From Podarcis cretensis (Eukaryota): a stretch of 64,000 nt of DNA. This document shows, piece after piece, positions 1 to 13,270 of the stretch (position 1 is the first letter of the stretch; each line of letters begins with the position of its first letter). Both the position numbers and the translations under genes were made by a program. The notes under the pieces are model-generated. The model saw nothing but the letters and a program-made list of their open reading frames with translations. It was not told the DNA's origin and searched no databases. The stretch spans positions 32,426,001-32,490,000 of the forward strand of contig OX638153.1 in NCBI GenBank assembly GCA_951804945.1, written 5' to 3'.

Positions 1-1364
1 AGATGGGTATATTGAACAGACATTAAACAAAAACTAAAGAGTGAGTTTTTAACATCACGTGAGTTAGCCAAAGAAGAAGAAGCCAGGACATAGTAATACG
101 ATATGTGATTATTTCCATGGATCAGATGAAGAGTCATTCCAAAATGTGATGGGGGAAGCTGAAATTTAGAAATCCCGTTATTGATATATGGAAATAATCA
201 GAGACCATTAAAAAGTTATTGTTTGGCTGTCTCCTAGCCAGGGTGGGGGTGGGGGGAGTATTCCTATGAGGCCCAGGCAACGTGACAAATAGCATGGGAT
301 GTTGTTGTCTCCATGTTGTCCCTGTTACTCAGATAATTTAAAAAATAAAGAAAAAAACCCAGCCCAATACTGTAAATATATAGCAGGACAAAGTTTCCAA
401 ATGTCTATTATTATTATTTTATTTTGATTGAATTTATATACCGCCCTATACCTGGAGGTCTCAGCTATTTCCTTCCTGCCTGTCACTAGTATAACATATT
501 TAAGAAGAAACTGTCATTGCAGGTTAGAGGGGAGCCTTCAAGATAACAGAGAAAATGATGGTTCTGGTTGCACCAATTGTGCTAAGTCAGAGATAGTGCT
601 AAATGCTCATTCCCCAAAGATATCTACATTGTAGCTAATCTATCACACATGAGTAAAAGATCCTTATTTCTTGAACCCAGTTTCTTGAACCCTTTTCAGT
701 ATCATATGCCAAATGTAAAGTAGCTTTTAAGTGGACCAGTCTTATTCCCCACCCCACAATCTCCATCCCTATTATAGAGAGAGAGAGAGAGAGAGATTTA
801 AATGGAAAACACTCTGTCCTAAGAGTCCCTATCTGGAGTAGTGCCGCCCAGACAGAGGTTTAGCACCTCACTGAGTACTAGACCCATGCAATTAGTAAAT
901 GAAGTGCAGAATTAGTACCTTGGCGGATTCAACCTTGGTTGCCTGATTTATGAATAAGCCACATGTGGCTATAAGTTTGCAGACAATGCCTTTGCGGCAC
1001 TACGTTCATTACAGAAATGCTTCAGCCATCTGTTCTGCTGGCAAGAGAGGCACGATTAAGTATCATGTGACACATTGCTAGCCGTGCAACTTAACATGGT
1101 TTAAGATGCTGCTATTTACACAGAGAGTGGACTGCTGAGGGTCTTAAATGGAGCCAAAGCTTGTTGGCTCCAAAGTCATAATCTATAAACCGGGCACCAC
1201 TCTCTGACGCGGTTTTGCAAATATGCAGGATTATGAACTAGAAAAGAACGGTTTTCTGTCGAAGCCAACAAATGCAGTGATGTGATCTGAACTATTTCAC
1301 AACATCCGTTCATTATAGCCATAGCTTGCAGTTGTTTGCATACAAAACTTCAATTATGCAGGGG

Positions 1365-1492
1365 NNNNNNNNNNNNNNNNNNNNNNNNNNNNNNNNNNNN
1401 NNNNNNNNNNNNNNNNNNNNNNNNNNNNNNNNNNNNNNNNNNNNNNNNNNNNNNNNNNNNNNNNNNNNNNNNNNNNNNNNNNNNNNNNNNNN
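1365..1492. other. Assembly gap (128 N)
   Basis: Run of N. Confidence 1.
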
Positions 1493-1639
1493 GAAATAGA
1501 GCTAAAACCCTATGCAGACTAACTTGGAAGGAAGACCCATATACCGGTAACTCACCCAAAATAAGGAATCATACATAAGATCAGGCTACACATATAAAGG
1601 GCCAGGGTGCCTTAAAACATACAAAAGATTCAGTACCGT

Positions 1640-1842
1640 ATAGTGACCATGAGTGTTAGACTGAAGAACTAAGTTCAAATCGCCATTTAGCCAAGAAGCT
1701 CACTGGGTGACCTTGGGCCAATCACTCTCGCTCAACCTAGCCTACCTCACAGGGTTGTTGTAAAGGTAGAATGGCATGGGAGGTGTGTGTGTGCTACCTT
1801 GAGCTCCTTGGAGGAAAGGCAGAATATAAACGTAATAAAGAA
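1640..1842 (+). mobile_element. CORE-type tRNA-derived SINE (MIR-like), degenerate
   Basis: B-box-like gttcaaatc, CORE-like ctgggtgaccttgggccaatcact...cctacctcacagggttgttgt, A-rich end. Confidence 0.7.
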
Positions 1843-3827
1843 ATCCTGGTTTCTTGCAGTCCTAGGTATTTGTGCCACGATTACAGTCAGAAAGCATTTT
1901 GTTGATGAATGCAAAAAGGCACTCCTAAAATCCTGAGAGCTGCCTTTGTATTAGGAAACTCAGCCACCGCTGGTCACATGTTTTTTCCACTTGCCAGTCA
2001 TATTTGTTCTGTGAGGCATACAGAGGCTTGATCTACTAAAAGCCACACATAATCTGATCAAACACAGCCCATCCTAAACTGCTCCATCTATCTTATTTAT
2101 TGTCTGCATGCAGATGGCACATCATGTAACCTTCTTTTAAGCAACGTGTATTACAGACAGGAACTCAGATGGCAACAGGATTCAGAAGGGTCCAGGTCTA
2201 TGCAGCAAGGGTTTCTACCCCCCTCCCAACCCTGTCTCCAGTAACAAATCATAGGAAGAGCCATCTAGACACAGTTCATGCACATAGCTTTTGTGTGTGT
2301 TTTGAGATTTAGCAAAAGCAAAGATAAAATAAAACCAGAAAATTCAAGCAGTAGTTATCTCCAGCTCAGACACCATTGTTGGCAAAGCTTCCTTCTATTC
2401 CAGATAGGGAGAAAGAGATAGAAAAAGTACGCAGCAGGCATTTTTCACGAGCTGGTCCTGAATGTTTGGGGCCTGAGATGCAAAAAATATGCAATCTTGG
2501 GCACACACAGTATCATTTTCAAGTCAGGGATGCAATTTCAAAGTGGCTATCAAGATGAAAGGCTTTACGGTAAGAATAACCCTGTAATTTCCAGCTAGAA
2601 TCACAAGGGATGGATAAAGCAGGGCAACATGAGCAGCAGAATCAATTCAGCTGTATTGCTCTGCAAAAGATGGTGCTTTGTCAAAGCGCAGTGCCAAGCT
2701 GTCTGTCAGGGGGGGAAGAAGTCAAAATGCTGTGCTCAGAAATTTCAGCCAGAGCCAGTTGCAAGCAGAGACAGAGGTGTGCTTAGATTGCCTGCATCTA
2801 ACACACTTGTCAGATGTCAAGTGGCTGTGCGACTACAACCTGATGAGCCCAGTTCTTAATGTTTCTAAAGTGTTGACCCTGTCAGCTGGGCTTGTCTTTT
2901 GTGCAGGGCACAAATCAATTGCTACAGTCAGCTAATGCTACAGTGCTCAACACAATGACTCAGAAATAAGGACTGCTTAGAACACAATGCAGTGATTTTG
3001 AAACTGCCTTGGGCAGCAGATCCAGTGGTTACAGAGCAATGTTGTGATCTGCTTGCTCCTTGTAGATTTTTGTGCAGTGTCTCACAAAACCCTGTGGCTG
3101 CCAGAAAGGTTTGTTAATTAAGGCTCGTATACTTCTGTACCCTGATACATCTGTACGGTGTGCTCCGACTAAAATATATATTAATGTAGCATCTTCAATG
3201 TATACTTTGCATAAGAGGACATGCCCCTGCCCAACTGGAGACAGGAGAGATGACAGAGGAAACAGAGGCAAATGGAGGTGCATGTTCCATGTCGCTGTCT
3301 TGATCCTGTTATTCAGGGCTTTTGATGGTATACCTTGTGAGGTCACCTTGCTTAGACATCTTTGACACAGGGTTCTCTTCTCTCTCCACCCCCTCCCTTT
3401 GGGATGTCTTGCACCCCTTGTCAGTACCTATTTGAGGTGTGCTAATGTCCAGAACCTCACATTTTTAGATAATTTTAATTTTAAAAGGCCCTTAAAGTGT
3501 CCATTGTGCACCAGCTCCATTAAGCTCAAATAAGACTGGACTTTGTGCTTGTGTTTCTTTCAGTGCTGTTACATGTTACAACAGTCAAGACAGATCCTCA
3601 TTTTTGCACCTCACAATTTTTAAAGGATGCTTACGTCTGTAAACATATGACGGACGATTTCCCAGCTACCACAATTGGCCAAAGTTCCCAGGGATATATT
3701 CATTCCTTGCTTTGAAATATGTGAATGTCCTTCAAATATTTAACAAAAGCATAGTCAATCCAGTAGAAATGCAAGGATTTGTTTTCGTTGCAAAATGTAA
3801 GCCACTTCTCTCTCACTGCAATAATAT

Positions 3828-4319
3828 GCATCTTAAAAAGCAGAGACATCACCTTGCCGACAAAGGTCTATATAGTTAAAGCTATGGTTTTCCCAGTAGT
3901 GATGTATGGAAGTGAGAGCTGGACCATAAAGAAGGCTGATCGCCGAAGAATTGATGCTTTTGAATTATGGTGCTGGAGGAGACTCTTGAGAGTCCCATGG
4001 ACTGCAAGAAGATCAAACCTATCCATTCTTAAGGAAATCAGCCCTGAGTGCTCACTGGAAGGACAGATCCTGAAGCTGAGGCTCCAATACCTTGGCCACC
4101 TCATAAGAGAAGACTCTCTGGAAAAGACACTGATGTTGGGAAAGATGGAGGGCACAAGGAGAAGGGAACGGCAGAGGACAAGATGGTTGGATAGTGCTCT
4201 TGAAGCTACCAGCATGAGTCTGACCAAACTGTGGGAGGCAGTGGAAGACAGGAGTGCCTGGCGTGCTCTGGTCCATGGGGTCACAAAGAGTCGGACATGA
4301 CTAAACGACTAAACAACAA
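3828..4319 (+). mobile_element. BovB (RTE clade) LINE, 5'-truncated 3' fragment
   Basis: ORF 3779..4300 carries the BovB C-terminus (KSRDITLPTKV..VKAMVFPVVMYG.ESWTIKKA..RRIDAFELWCWRRLLRVPW...AWRALVHGVTKSRT), followed by a ctaaacaacaa tail. Confidence 0.95.
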
Positions 4320-6067
4320 TGTGTAAGTTTGCATACTGTACTAACCAGCAGATTTTTGGGGGGCGGCGGGGGGGGGGGGGGACACGGACATTTCCCAAAT
4401 CTTAAGACTTAAGCCAGCATCAAGAAACACAAGCTTCTGTAGTCACTGAACACTGACAATGCTCTGCCACCAGCTCTTGTGATCACAATTTGCCTTCACC
4501 AACAGCATAGACCAGGTTTGCTCAACTTGGTGTCCCAGATGTGTTGGACTGCCACAGTGCTGCACCAATTATCCCCAGCTAACACAGCTGGAAGGAAGGC
4601 TGGAATAGATTGAATGTCCATTTATTTAAGGTGGGTTAGAGTTAGATGGCTATTTGGATAGACTTCCCAGTCGTCTTCAGAAAGAGGTATCCAGCGATGC
4701 TGGTACGTAGTCATTATCTTTGTGATGTGCTGAGTCCAAACGTTTGTATTAGAACACCTACCTGCAATGTAAGAATTTTGATAGGACTTGTGATGAGGCA
4801 CCTGAGGTATCCCCAGTGCTAAGCATTTATAAGCTGTGTGTATTGTATTAGCTAACTGCCAAGGTTCTGCTGAGGACAGCTTTCAAAACAGATGTATCTA
4901 AAATAACTCGCTATAAAACAAAAATATATTTATTAATTAGCTTGCCCTTAAACATGTCCATATGAGGTATTGGACTACTACTCAGCTTCATAGAAATTAA
5001 TTCCAGATCTACTTCTCTCTGCTGTGAATTTTATGTACCAACTTAATCCAGCATTGCTGAATTAATTATACTTCATACATTATAAAGGAACAAACTTATT
5101 AAATATATATATATTCAAAAACGAAAAAGAAAGTACATACAATTAAAATAAACCCTTTCCAATCTCATTTAAAATAAATTGTGTTCTCTGAGTTCAGACC
5201 TTGACCTACTAAGTAATTAACTATATTATAGTGGGTTTGCACTGAAATTCAGTGCTATACTACTTAATCTGTAGCACTGAAAAAGATGTGTCAAGCTTCA
5301 GGTTGGCCCATTTGGTATAGTTGGTAGTACCCAGAAAGAACTACTCTCATGAACAATGAGAATGGCAGAATCTGGCCCTGCATAATCAAACCCAGCCATA
5401 TTAATGTCAACCTCAATAACCAACAAGCAGCTAGGGGAAAAATCAATGCTAGACGATAAAGGACAAAACTGGTCAGGAAAGAAAAATTATTGGAAAAGCT
5501 TCTACGAGGGAACTGCAGACAAAGAAGAATAAAAATAGTCCTCGTCTCCTTTTCGGGCTCTAATATGCAGCATGAAGTGCATTGCTAAGTGCATAAACAG
5601 CTTCTTGGTTACTGTTGTTAAAAATAAAAATATGTCAAGAAGCTTTCTGATGTACTTCTTTTCTTTCTGCTGCAGAAGAGATGCCTGGCTTTTGTGAGCA
5701 AGTGGAACAACAACAAAAACCCACCCCCCTCTGCCTTTGCTCTGGGTAAAGGAAGAACCAAAGGGGCCTGTATTTGGGCAAGCAGAGTACCTCTCAAAAG
5801 GTGCTGAAAATTGCTGTGTGGAGGAGAAGAGCACTCAGGATCAGACCTCCAATGAACTATCTGTGCTCTTCGAGGTGACTGGCAAAGTCAAGCCTTAAGA
5901 GCCTCAGAAGAGACTCTTGATAGCTGAAGAACGAAAGTGATGACATTAGCCAGCTAAGGAGTGAATAGGGAACGCAGGGGTTGCATATTTTAAGAGTAAT
6001 CATTAAAATGGTTCGTAGTTATTCATATGCCACAAAAAGAGTTTCACTCTGCCTGCCTTTGGGAGAA

Positions 6068-6283
6068 AGGCCATAATGCATGCAAAAGATCCTAGCTTCA
6101 ATCCCCATCTCCAGGTAGGGATGGTAAGGAATCGTTGAGAATAGTCCTGTAAGTCTGCTTTACCTGTGAAAGGTCCCAGCTCCAGGCAGGGCTGGAAGAG
6201 AGTCCTGTCTGAAATCATGGAAAGCCACCGCCAGCCGGTGTCGATGGACCAATGGTAGGACTCTAGGGCAGCTTCCTATGTTG
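6068..6283 (+). mobile_element. Squam3-like tRNA SINE fragments
   Basis: tgcatgcaaaagatcc..ttcaatcccc..ctccaggtaggg...gatggaccaatgg...gcagcttcctatgt; the body is partly duplicated. Confidence 0.65.
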
Positions 6284-6737
6284 CTATATACTGAAGATCC
6301 ACTGGCAGTGAGAGAAGATAATACTTAGATAGACTGACATAGTATAAGGCAGGCTACTGTGTTCCCATATGCCACTGGGTTGTTTTTTTTTTTTAAAAAA
6401 AAGCCACGACAGGACATCCTAATGCAAGGAAACAGGTGTTGGTTGAGTTGGTAAACAAAAAAGCCCAGCCCACCCTCAGAAAACAATTGTGCTGCTAGTA
6501 TAACTGGATGTGGACAGTGAGGATGATCCCCCAAGTGACAAACAGGAAAATGTATGCCATAGCTCCTGCATTCTAAAAATTGGCAGGTGTACATTTATTC
6601 ACTTTAGCAGAATTTCTAGAAAACTGTTTTGTAACATTCAAGGGACAGGGATATGGATGCGAATTGGACATTTCTTGCCAGTACTAAAATAAGCAGCATG
6701 ATTCAGTCCCATATCAAATACTGTCAACCAAATAAAC

Positions 6738-6800
6738 AATAGAATTGTAGAGTTGGAAGGGACCACGAGGGGCATCTTGTCCAACCCGCTTCAGTGCAGG
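6738..6800 (-). mobile_element. CR1 3' tail fragment
   Basis: atagaattgtagagttggaagggacc is the reverse complement of the tail type seen at 57890-57950. Confidence 0.65.
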
Positions 6801-7486
6801 CATCCCTTGCCCAGTGTATTGCTATCAGTCATTAAGAAAGACTGGGTTAGATCTTCCAGAATTTACTCCAAGCATTCAGTAATATGGGGAATAATATTTC
6901 AGATATTACCAGAATTCTTGTATTTGCTTTTGCCTTACCTTCCATCTACCGTTTCACTTCTCACTGTTTCTCCTTATATACTCTTGTTCCCTTCTTTTTG
7001 TTATGAGATGAAATAATTCTAGAACTCATATACAATAGCTTGTAGATGTTTTTTAAGATACGGGTCACCACACTGTGAGCCGTAGTAAATGCTCAGAGCT
7101 GCACACAAGCGAACACATCATGCCTACTGCCTTTGGGGCTACACAAGGAAATAGGCAAGCATTATCACACTGCTGGGTGTGATTTTTCACTACCATGTAA
7201 GCAGAATCATCCAGGGTGTTGTCCACGTGGCAAAACCTGGCCCCTCGTACGGAAAAATGTTGCTTTGCATGGATTGTGCTCCATGGACAATGACCATTTC
7301 AGAGATGAAAAGAGTTACTTGCAGCCCACCTGGACATGCAGTAAGAACCCCTTCTAGGCAACTGAAGATGGGAGCTTTTGTAAACTGAAAGCATCGATTC
7401 TTAGGGCAATCCATGAGTAATAACTAGCATTAGATATGTGTTCAAAGGTAAGCTAGTAAAAAAAATGGATTGGTAACCTTGATTAA

Positions 7487-7492
7487 TTTATT
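7487..7492 (-). terminator. Candidate ASCC1 polyadenylation signal AATAAA
   Basis: tgtaAATAAA on the minus strand, about 325 nt past the stop codon, in AT-rich context. Confidence 0.55.
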
Positions 7493-7695
7493 TACAACTA
7501 ACTGAAAGCCTGTTACACGCAGAATGTATTATTTTATCTGTAACCAGCACCTATTCTTCAATAAAAGAACCAACAAACTAAAATATCTTATTTGAACAAG
7601 TAATTGTTTTCACTGTGTTCAGACCAAGGTGAATTTGCAAATTTAGAAGGAGGACAGAATGACGCTGGCCCATCAACAGGATCCATTTAAATCAT

Positions 7696-7771
7696 CATCT
7701 TCTTCTTCCTCTCCCTCTTCTTCTTCTTCTTCTTCTTCTTCTTCTTCTTCTTCTTCTTCTTCTTCTTCTTC
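7696..7771. repeat. (TCT)n microsatellite ((GAA)n in the ASCC1 3' UTR sense)
   Basis: Trinucleotide run visible directly; it produces the poly-Ser ORF 7659..7850. Confidence 0.95.
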
Positions 7772-7816
7772 ATTGTGCAGTTCTGATGTCATTCTGTTGG
7801 GGCATTGGTCTCTACT

Positions 7817-7933
7817 TCAGGAGAAATTTAACTGCCCAGATGTCGCATAGTAACCAGAGCTATCTGAGGAGAATCTCTGAGAGAGGTAGACTGAATTCAG
7901 CTGCACTTCTCCGAAGCAGAAGTTCTCAAAGAG
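7817..7933 (-). CDS. ASCC1: ASCC1 last coding exon including TGA stop
   Basis: tttcag acceptor. LFENFCFGEVQLNSVYLSQRFSSDSSGYYATSGQLNFS*, matching the human C-terminus LFENFYFGSLKLNSIHISQRF...GQIDFS as recalled. Confidence 0.94.
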   Translation of the reverse strand, partial: LFENFCFGEVQLNSVYLSQRFSSDSSGYYATSGQLNFS

Positions 7934-9515
7934 CTGAAAGAAATGAGATGGAAATAATGAAAGATCCCTAAAAGCGTGTGCTCATATTTCTTATGAGTGA
8001 AACTACAAACAATATTTTTTAAACACTTTGATTTTGTTGGACAGTAAGAAGCCAGATGTAATAGCATCACAGATTATATCTGGCCTCTGGCCCAACCGTT
8101 GGCCATCTCTGTTCCTGACATTTCACAATTCTTGTTTACACTTGCCTCAGTAAAACACAAAGGGAAACATAAAAGTGGAATCAGCCCTTCAGACAAACTT
8201 TTGCTTGCTTCCCTGGGCTCCCCACAGATTGGAATGTGAGTACTGCTCCTTCATCAGCCAAAATGAGCTCAGTGACCAAGTTCCCAGTAGATTTCATAAA
8301 AGATGTTACTGCCTCTCTTTGTTGGTATGTAGTGGTATCAGAGAAGATATGGATTGTGGCTCAAGGAAGAGGTAAAATTATAGTTTAACCCTGAGTCTTC
8401 ATTCTTCTGTTAGGCCTGAATATAATATAGGCGACGACCATTTTAGGTGCATCTGACTGACATGTGATCGCCAGTGCCACAGGTCCTTTTGGACCTGGAA
8501 GAATGGCAGAACAGGGGTGGGCTGGGGTGTAATGGAGCGGGGGATGTGGGGTAGGGGGATCAGGAACAACAGTCCCACACAAAATGGTCATCGCCAGTAG
8601 TTAATGAACTAGGTTAAACAAGGCTTTCTTTGGTGAGAGCTAGTTTGTAACGTCCATGATAAATAAACTGAGTTCATTTAATTAATGCAGGTTATCAAAC
8701 TGCATACTGAAAGGAGACACCCTCGGGTGCTTTTGTTCAAGATAAGAAGAGTGAACCGGAACAAAAGGCTCTTTGACCCAATTCCTTCAATGAAGTCTTT
8801 CAAGGGCACTTAAACCACACACACACCACTACTGAAACCTAGTTCAGGAGAAAGCTGCTCCAGTGATTAACACTGTACAGGAGACAGATGAAATGATTAC
8901 ATCAGAATATATTACAAAGGGAAGCCAGTAATATTGCTTTGAAGAAACATCACATTCAAGTGCTTTTCTCCATTCCATTAAGAAGCAGGAAATTGCTCTG
9001 CCTTTAAAATGCCTTTGGAAAACCTTTCAACAAATACACTAATTTCAAACTCGATTTAATGCTGCTGTGCCAAGGGTCAACAAGGGCTGAGTAGCTTAGC
9101 TTCCCCATCATGGAGGCCTTAAAAACCCACACTCCATCTGACTTCTGTCCCTACAGACCTCAGCTCAACATGGGCACATACAACTCTTCTGGCCATTAAA
9201 GACTCCCAGCGGCTTTGAAAAAATCTACAGCTTCATTAAGCCCTGCTCATCCAGAGCTGACAATGCATTGATTCTTCTGTGTGAAACCACTAAAATTCAA
9301 AAATTTACTTGGCAGGCATAATGTAATATATTTCACTTCTTTCCAGAAATGTACTGAACTCTCCCTGGTACGGTTTATCTTAAACCACTTCTTCACTGAT
9401 GTTGGCCATTTATTTTATGTTCCATGACCCTCTTATGTAAATCAGGATTTGCCCAAGTGGGTGGGGCATCTGACACCGTAAGAGTTTGCTAGGGGAGCCT
9501 GAGGGAGAGACATAC

Positions 9516-10342
9516 TGTCAGAGCTGCCCGAGGTCCCAGCTCACAAAGGACCAAAGCCAGTTCGTTGTTATATACAAAAGTCTTTATTGAAGTTCAGTTT
9601 CGATTTCAAAGCCGCGGCACGCAGCTCTACATCTCAAACTCTAGACCGCTGAAGCTCCGTCTGAATCTCCTCCCCCCAGACACCAGTTTAAGACTCTAGC
9701 CTTGCTCCACCTCTTCCTTTGCTCTTTCCTCCTCTGGGTCCGCCTGTCCGCTGGGGTCTTGCCCTTTCTAGACTCTTCTGACGCTGAGTCCCCTGAGTCT
9801 TCCCCCTCCCCCTGGCGGGCTTTAGGACCTGGCTCCCAATCCGTGCTTCCTGCTGTCCCGCGCGCCTGTACATTCGAACTTGGCGCTCGCGCCCAGCCGG
9901 CAACCTTTCTCCTGACCGTTACACTGCTCCTGTCACTGCTTCCCCCTTCGGGGAGGCTAGCTGGACCTGACTTCCCCTCCGTTCCCTCACTCTCCGATAG
10001 AGGCATGGTCAGTCCTGACTCATCTTCTCTCCCTGCTGGAGGAGACGCTGGCCCTGATACATGGGACTCTTCCCCCCCCCGCTACGCTCTGGTGGGGGAG
10101 CTGGTCCTGATCTCCCGCTGCTGCTTTGGGAGTCCCCGCTGGCCCCTTGCTTCTGGTGCATCCCCCCTGGGACCCCCCTTGCCCTGGCCCTCGGCGCCCC
10201 CCTCTGGGAATCTTCTGATTCGCTGGAGAAGCTCATGGAATCTCTCGTGCCACTGTCATACTCCCCTACGCTGCCCTCAGATTCTTCCCCTTCGCTCTCC
10301 ATTTCCTCTCTCCCCTGTGCCTCTGCTCCTGAGCCCCTGACA
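9516..10342 (-). mobile_element. Solo-LTR-like element, copy A (827 bp)
   Basis: TGTCAG...CTGACA termini. 5-bp flanks CATAC/CATAT (TSD with one mismatch). AATAAA at 9583-9588 (-). Colinear with copy B. Confidence 0.85.
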
Positions 10343-11974
10343 CATATACTGTACTGCTCAAAGATGAAGACACTTCAAGGCAAGCTGCAGCTGACTGGGC
10401 TGTACTGTCAATCTCGCTGCAAATATATGGATGGGGAAGAGCAGAAGCAAAGACAGGGACTTAAAATGATCTGGTTGGCTGGGCAGAATACATTATGGGA
10501 TCTAATAGGGTGGTAGGTAAAAGGAATTTCAAAATCTTGAGTCTCTAAGTATGGAGCCTTGGAAACAAACAAAAGGTTCTTAAACTATAAATCTAGCTTT
10601 TATTTTCAGATCCTTCTTCCTCCCAAGAGCTTCAGAGAATAAAGTAGCAAAGGAGAATTGCAATAAACCTCACTGTCCCTACTTTGGCCCCTCCTTGACT
10701 ATTTTTCTGGTTGCCTGGATGGAGGACAGAGTGGAGTGTCAGTGTAGAAAGTCACCTACTGTGTAATGAGTAGAATTTACATTTGTTGCTCCAACCCTTT
10801 TTGGTTCTGGCCCCGCCCACCATTGGCATGTGGCCCCTTGAAGCATGCCAAGAAGGGAATGTGGCCCTCACTGTCCTCCGCCCTTGTTCTGGAAGCTGGT
10901 CCTGAAAACCTGACTTACTAAAAGATTGCCCCAACAACTGCTGGAAGTGCAGTTACATTTTGAAAAGGACATGAAACTACACAGGAGGAGGCCAAAAATT
11001 ACTTTGAAATAATATTCTAGGAAAATCAATATTTGGATAATAAGACCTATCCTTTTATTGCTTCTTGTTAAGCCTAGCGAGAATACAGTTTATCGAAAAC
11101 TTTTAAAAATAAGTTTTGATTTCATATTTAAAGCACAGGGTAAAAAAAGGAGAATTGAAAAGCCCTATGCAATTATAAACATGAATCCATAATGAGGCTC
11201 CAAAATCTTATGTTCCTGCAATCAAGATATACATTTCTCATATATTAGAACTAATAATGGTGTGTGTAGGGGGTTGTTTTTAAATTAAAATCCAGTTTGA
11301 CTGAGCACAGTATTTAGAGAATATTTTTTGAAGACTGCAGCAATTTTGACAGGGCATAGGCTCTGAGCTTAGTGGCCAGAAGTGGGATTTTAAGACTACA
11401 CCTGTTTTTTATTTTCCATATATTTTAAATAAGTAGCTCTCACAGGTCCTCATAATCCTACCTTTTTGCTTACTCAGCAAACAGGATGCTCCCTGCACTG
11501 CCTACACAACAGGAAATTGTTACTGTCAGATTGTTTGTGAGCCTGAAGATGTTTTTAAAGTGAGGAATATTGAAGTATTTATTTGCAGTGGCGGGGGCGG
11601 AATGTTGAAGTTTTAACTTCTAAGGGGATTATTTGCCTCAAGACAAGCTAGCACAGGAAGCAAAATGCATTTACAGGATATTGCAAATATCTGTTTGAGA
11701 TAACAAAAGCAAGCTCTCTCTTACCATATAGGCAGTTCTTATTTGAAAATAAGCTCATGCACACACACACACAAACACTTTTCAGGGGGTACTCAAGAAT
11801 ACGCAGTACCAGCACCTCTTCTTGTTGTTGTTAAAAAGTGTAGCACTTACTGTAACAATTCATGGTGTGTACCAGCACCTATTTTTCTAGAAAAAAAGCA
11901 CTATATACCGGTATATGTATACACTCACACAAACACACTTTGTGTACACAGACACAAACACAGATATAGTAACT

Positions 11975-12290
11975 AAGTGCAAGAGCATTCTCCCCTCCTG
12001 TGGTTTACAGCAACTGGTATTCCGAAGCATATTGCCTTTGACAATGGAGACAGGAAATAGCCAATAGTAACCACTGAAAGTCCCATCGTCCATGAATTTG
12101 TCGAACCCTCTTTCAAAGTCATCCAAGTTGGTAGCCATCACTGCCTCATGTGGGACTGAATTCCATAGCTTCACTAAGCATCACTGGGTGTCTGCAAGTT
12201 TTAATGTTATGATCCACTTTCTCCATGCCATGCTATGATTTTACAAATTTCTATAAAGTCACCTTTTGTCTAAACTAAAAAGCCCCACAG
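11975..12290 (-). mobile_element. CR1 3' fragment (older family)
   Basis: ORF 11887..12174 KLWNSVPHEAVMATNLDDFERGFDKFM resembles the CR1 ORF2 C-terminus. Confidence 0.75.
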
Positions 12291-12326
12291 CAGCCCTATT
12301 GCTCAAGAAAGGGTAAGGGAAAACAT

Positions 12327-12460
12327 GAAGCAGCTTAGTCATGCTGGCAACATGCTGTCTGCAGACAAATGCTGGCTCCCTCAGCTTATAGAGCAAGATG
12401 AGCGCCACAACCTCAGAGTCGTTCACGAATGGACCTAACGGTCAGGGGTACCTTTACACT
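12327..12460 (+). mobile_element. Sauria SINE 3' half (diverged subfamily)
   Basis: gtcatgctggc..gatgagcgccacaacctcagagtcg..ggtcaggggtacctttac tail. Confidence 0.7.
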
Positions 12461-13011
12461 TATTTAAAATACCTTTTACACTTATTTAAAAAGGATACAC
12501 TTATTTAAAATAGCCACCTGTTCCCAGAGTGGGGTGTGACCTCAACATGTAAAAAAAAGAAGAGAGAAAATAGCACTTTCCCACAGTGAACTTTACTAGA
12601 ACAATTGATTTTTCTGGAAAGGTACCAGCCGTACATTAATCATGAGCATAGCGCAAGATTTAAAGAACAGCCCCAGCCTTTTCTCTTCCCGCTTTCACAT
12701 CAAGCCTCCTACTTTTATTACCTCACTTTATTCCCTCAGGTGACCGAAGCTGCTGGATACCAAGAGTAGGCAGATGAGGGCAATAGCGTAGTCCAAAGGG
12801 CATAAGCTCCCTCTCAAAGCACAGCTAGGAAAGAGGCTCTTGGGAGCACAGATGGTAGCAAAAGGTCTCTGATATTGCAATGTTAATTTCTTGCTTTGAA
12901 AAAGGGGTCCCGTGACCCTTCCTCCTGAGCTTTGTTTTAATAGAGCTGCTTTCTACTTCACATCTGATGAAGTTGACTCTGGGCCACGGAAACCTATGAC
13001 ATAATCAGTTA

Positions 13012-13270
13012 TAGTGGTACCTTGGGTTAAGTACTTAATTCGTTCCGGAGGTCTGTTCTTAACCTGAAACTGTTCTTAACCTGAAACTGTTCTTAACCTG
13101 AAGCACTACTTTAGCTAATGGGACCTCCCATTGCCGCTGCACCGCCAGAGCACGATTTCTGTTCTCATCCTCAAGCAAAGTTCTTAACCTGAGGTACTAT
13201 TTCTGGGTTAGCGGAGTCTGTAACCTGAAGCGTATGTAACCTGAAGCGTATGTAACCCGAGGTACCACTG
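13012..13270. mobile_element. Tc1/mariner (Tigger/pogo-like) MITE
   Basis: TIR (c)agtggtacct...aggtaccactg with TA TSD. Confidence 0.88.

Noticed and set aside
840-1330. Possible SPOCK2 upstream element or exon
   Set aside because: Synteny is only recalled from human; no recognisable coding sequence or CpG-island promoter is visible.
7659-7850. Poly-Ser ORF
   Set aside because: Translation of the (TCT)n microsatellite, antisense to the ASCC1 3' UTR.
9702-10516. Long ORFs antisense to the LTR ORF (212 aa and 151 aa; also 36901..37319)
   Set aside because: Shadow frames of a GC-rich element; starts and ends differ between the two copies and run out of the element.
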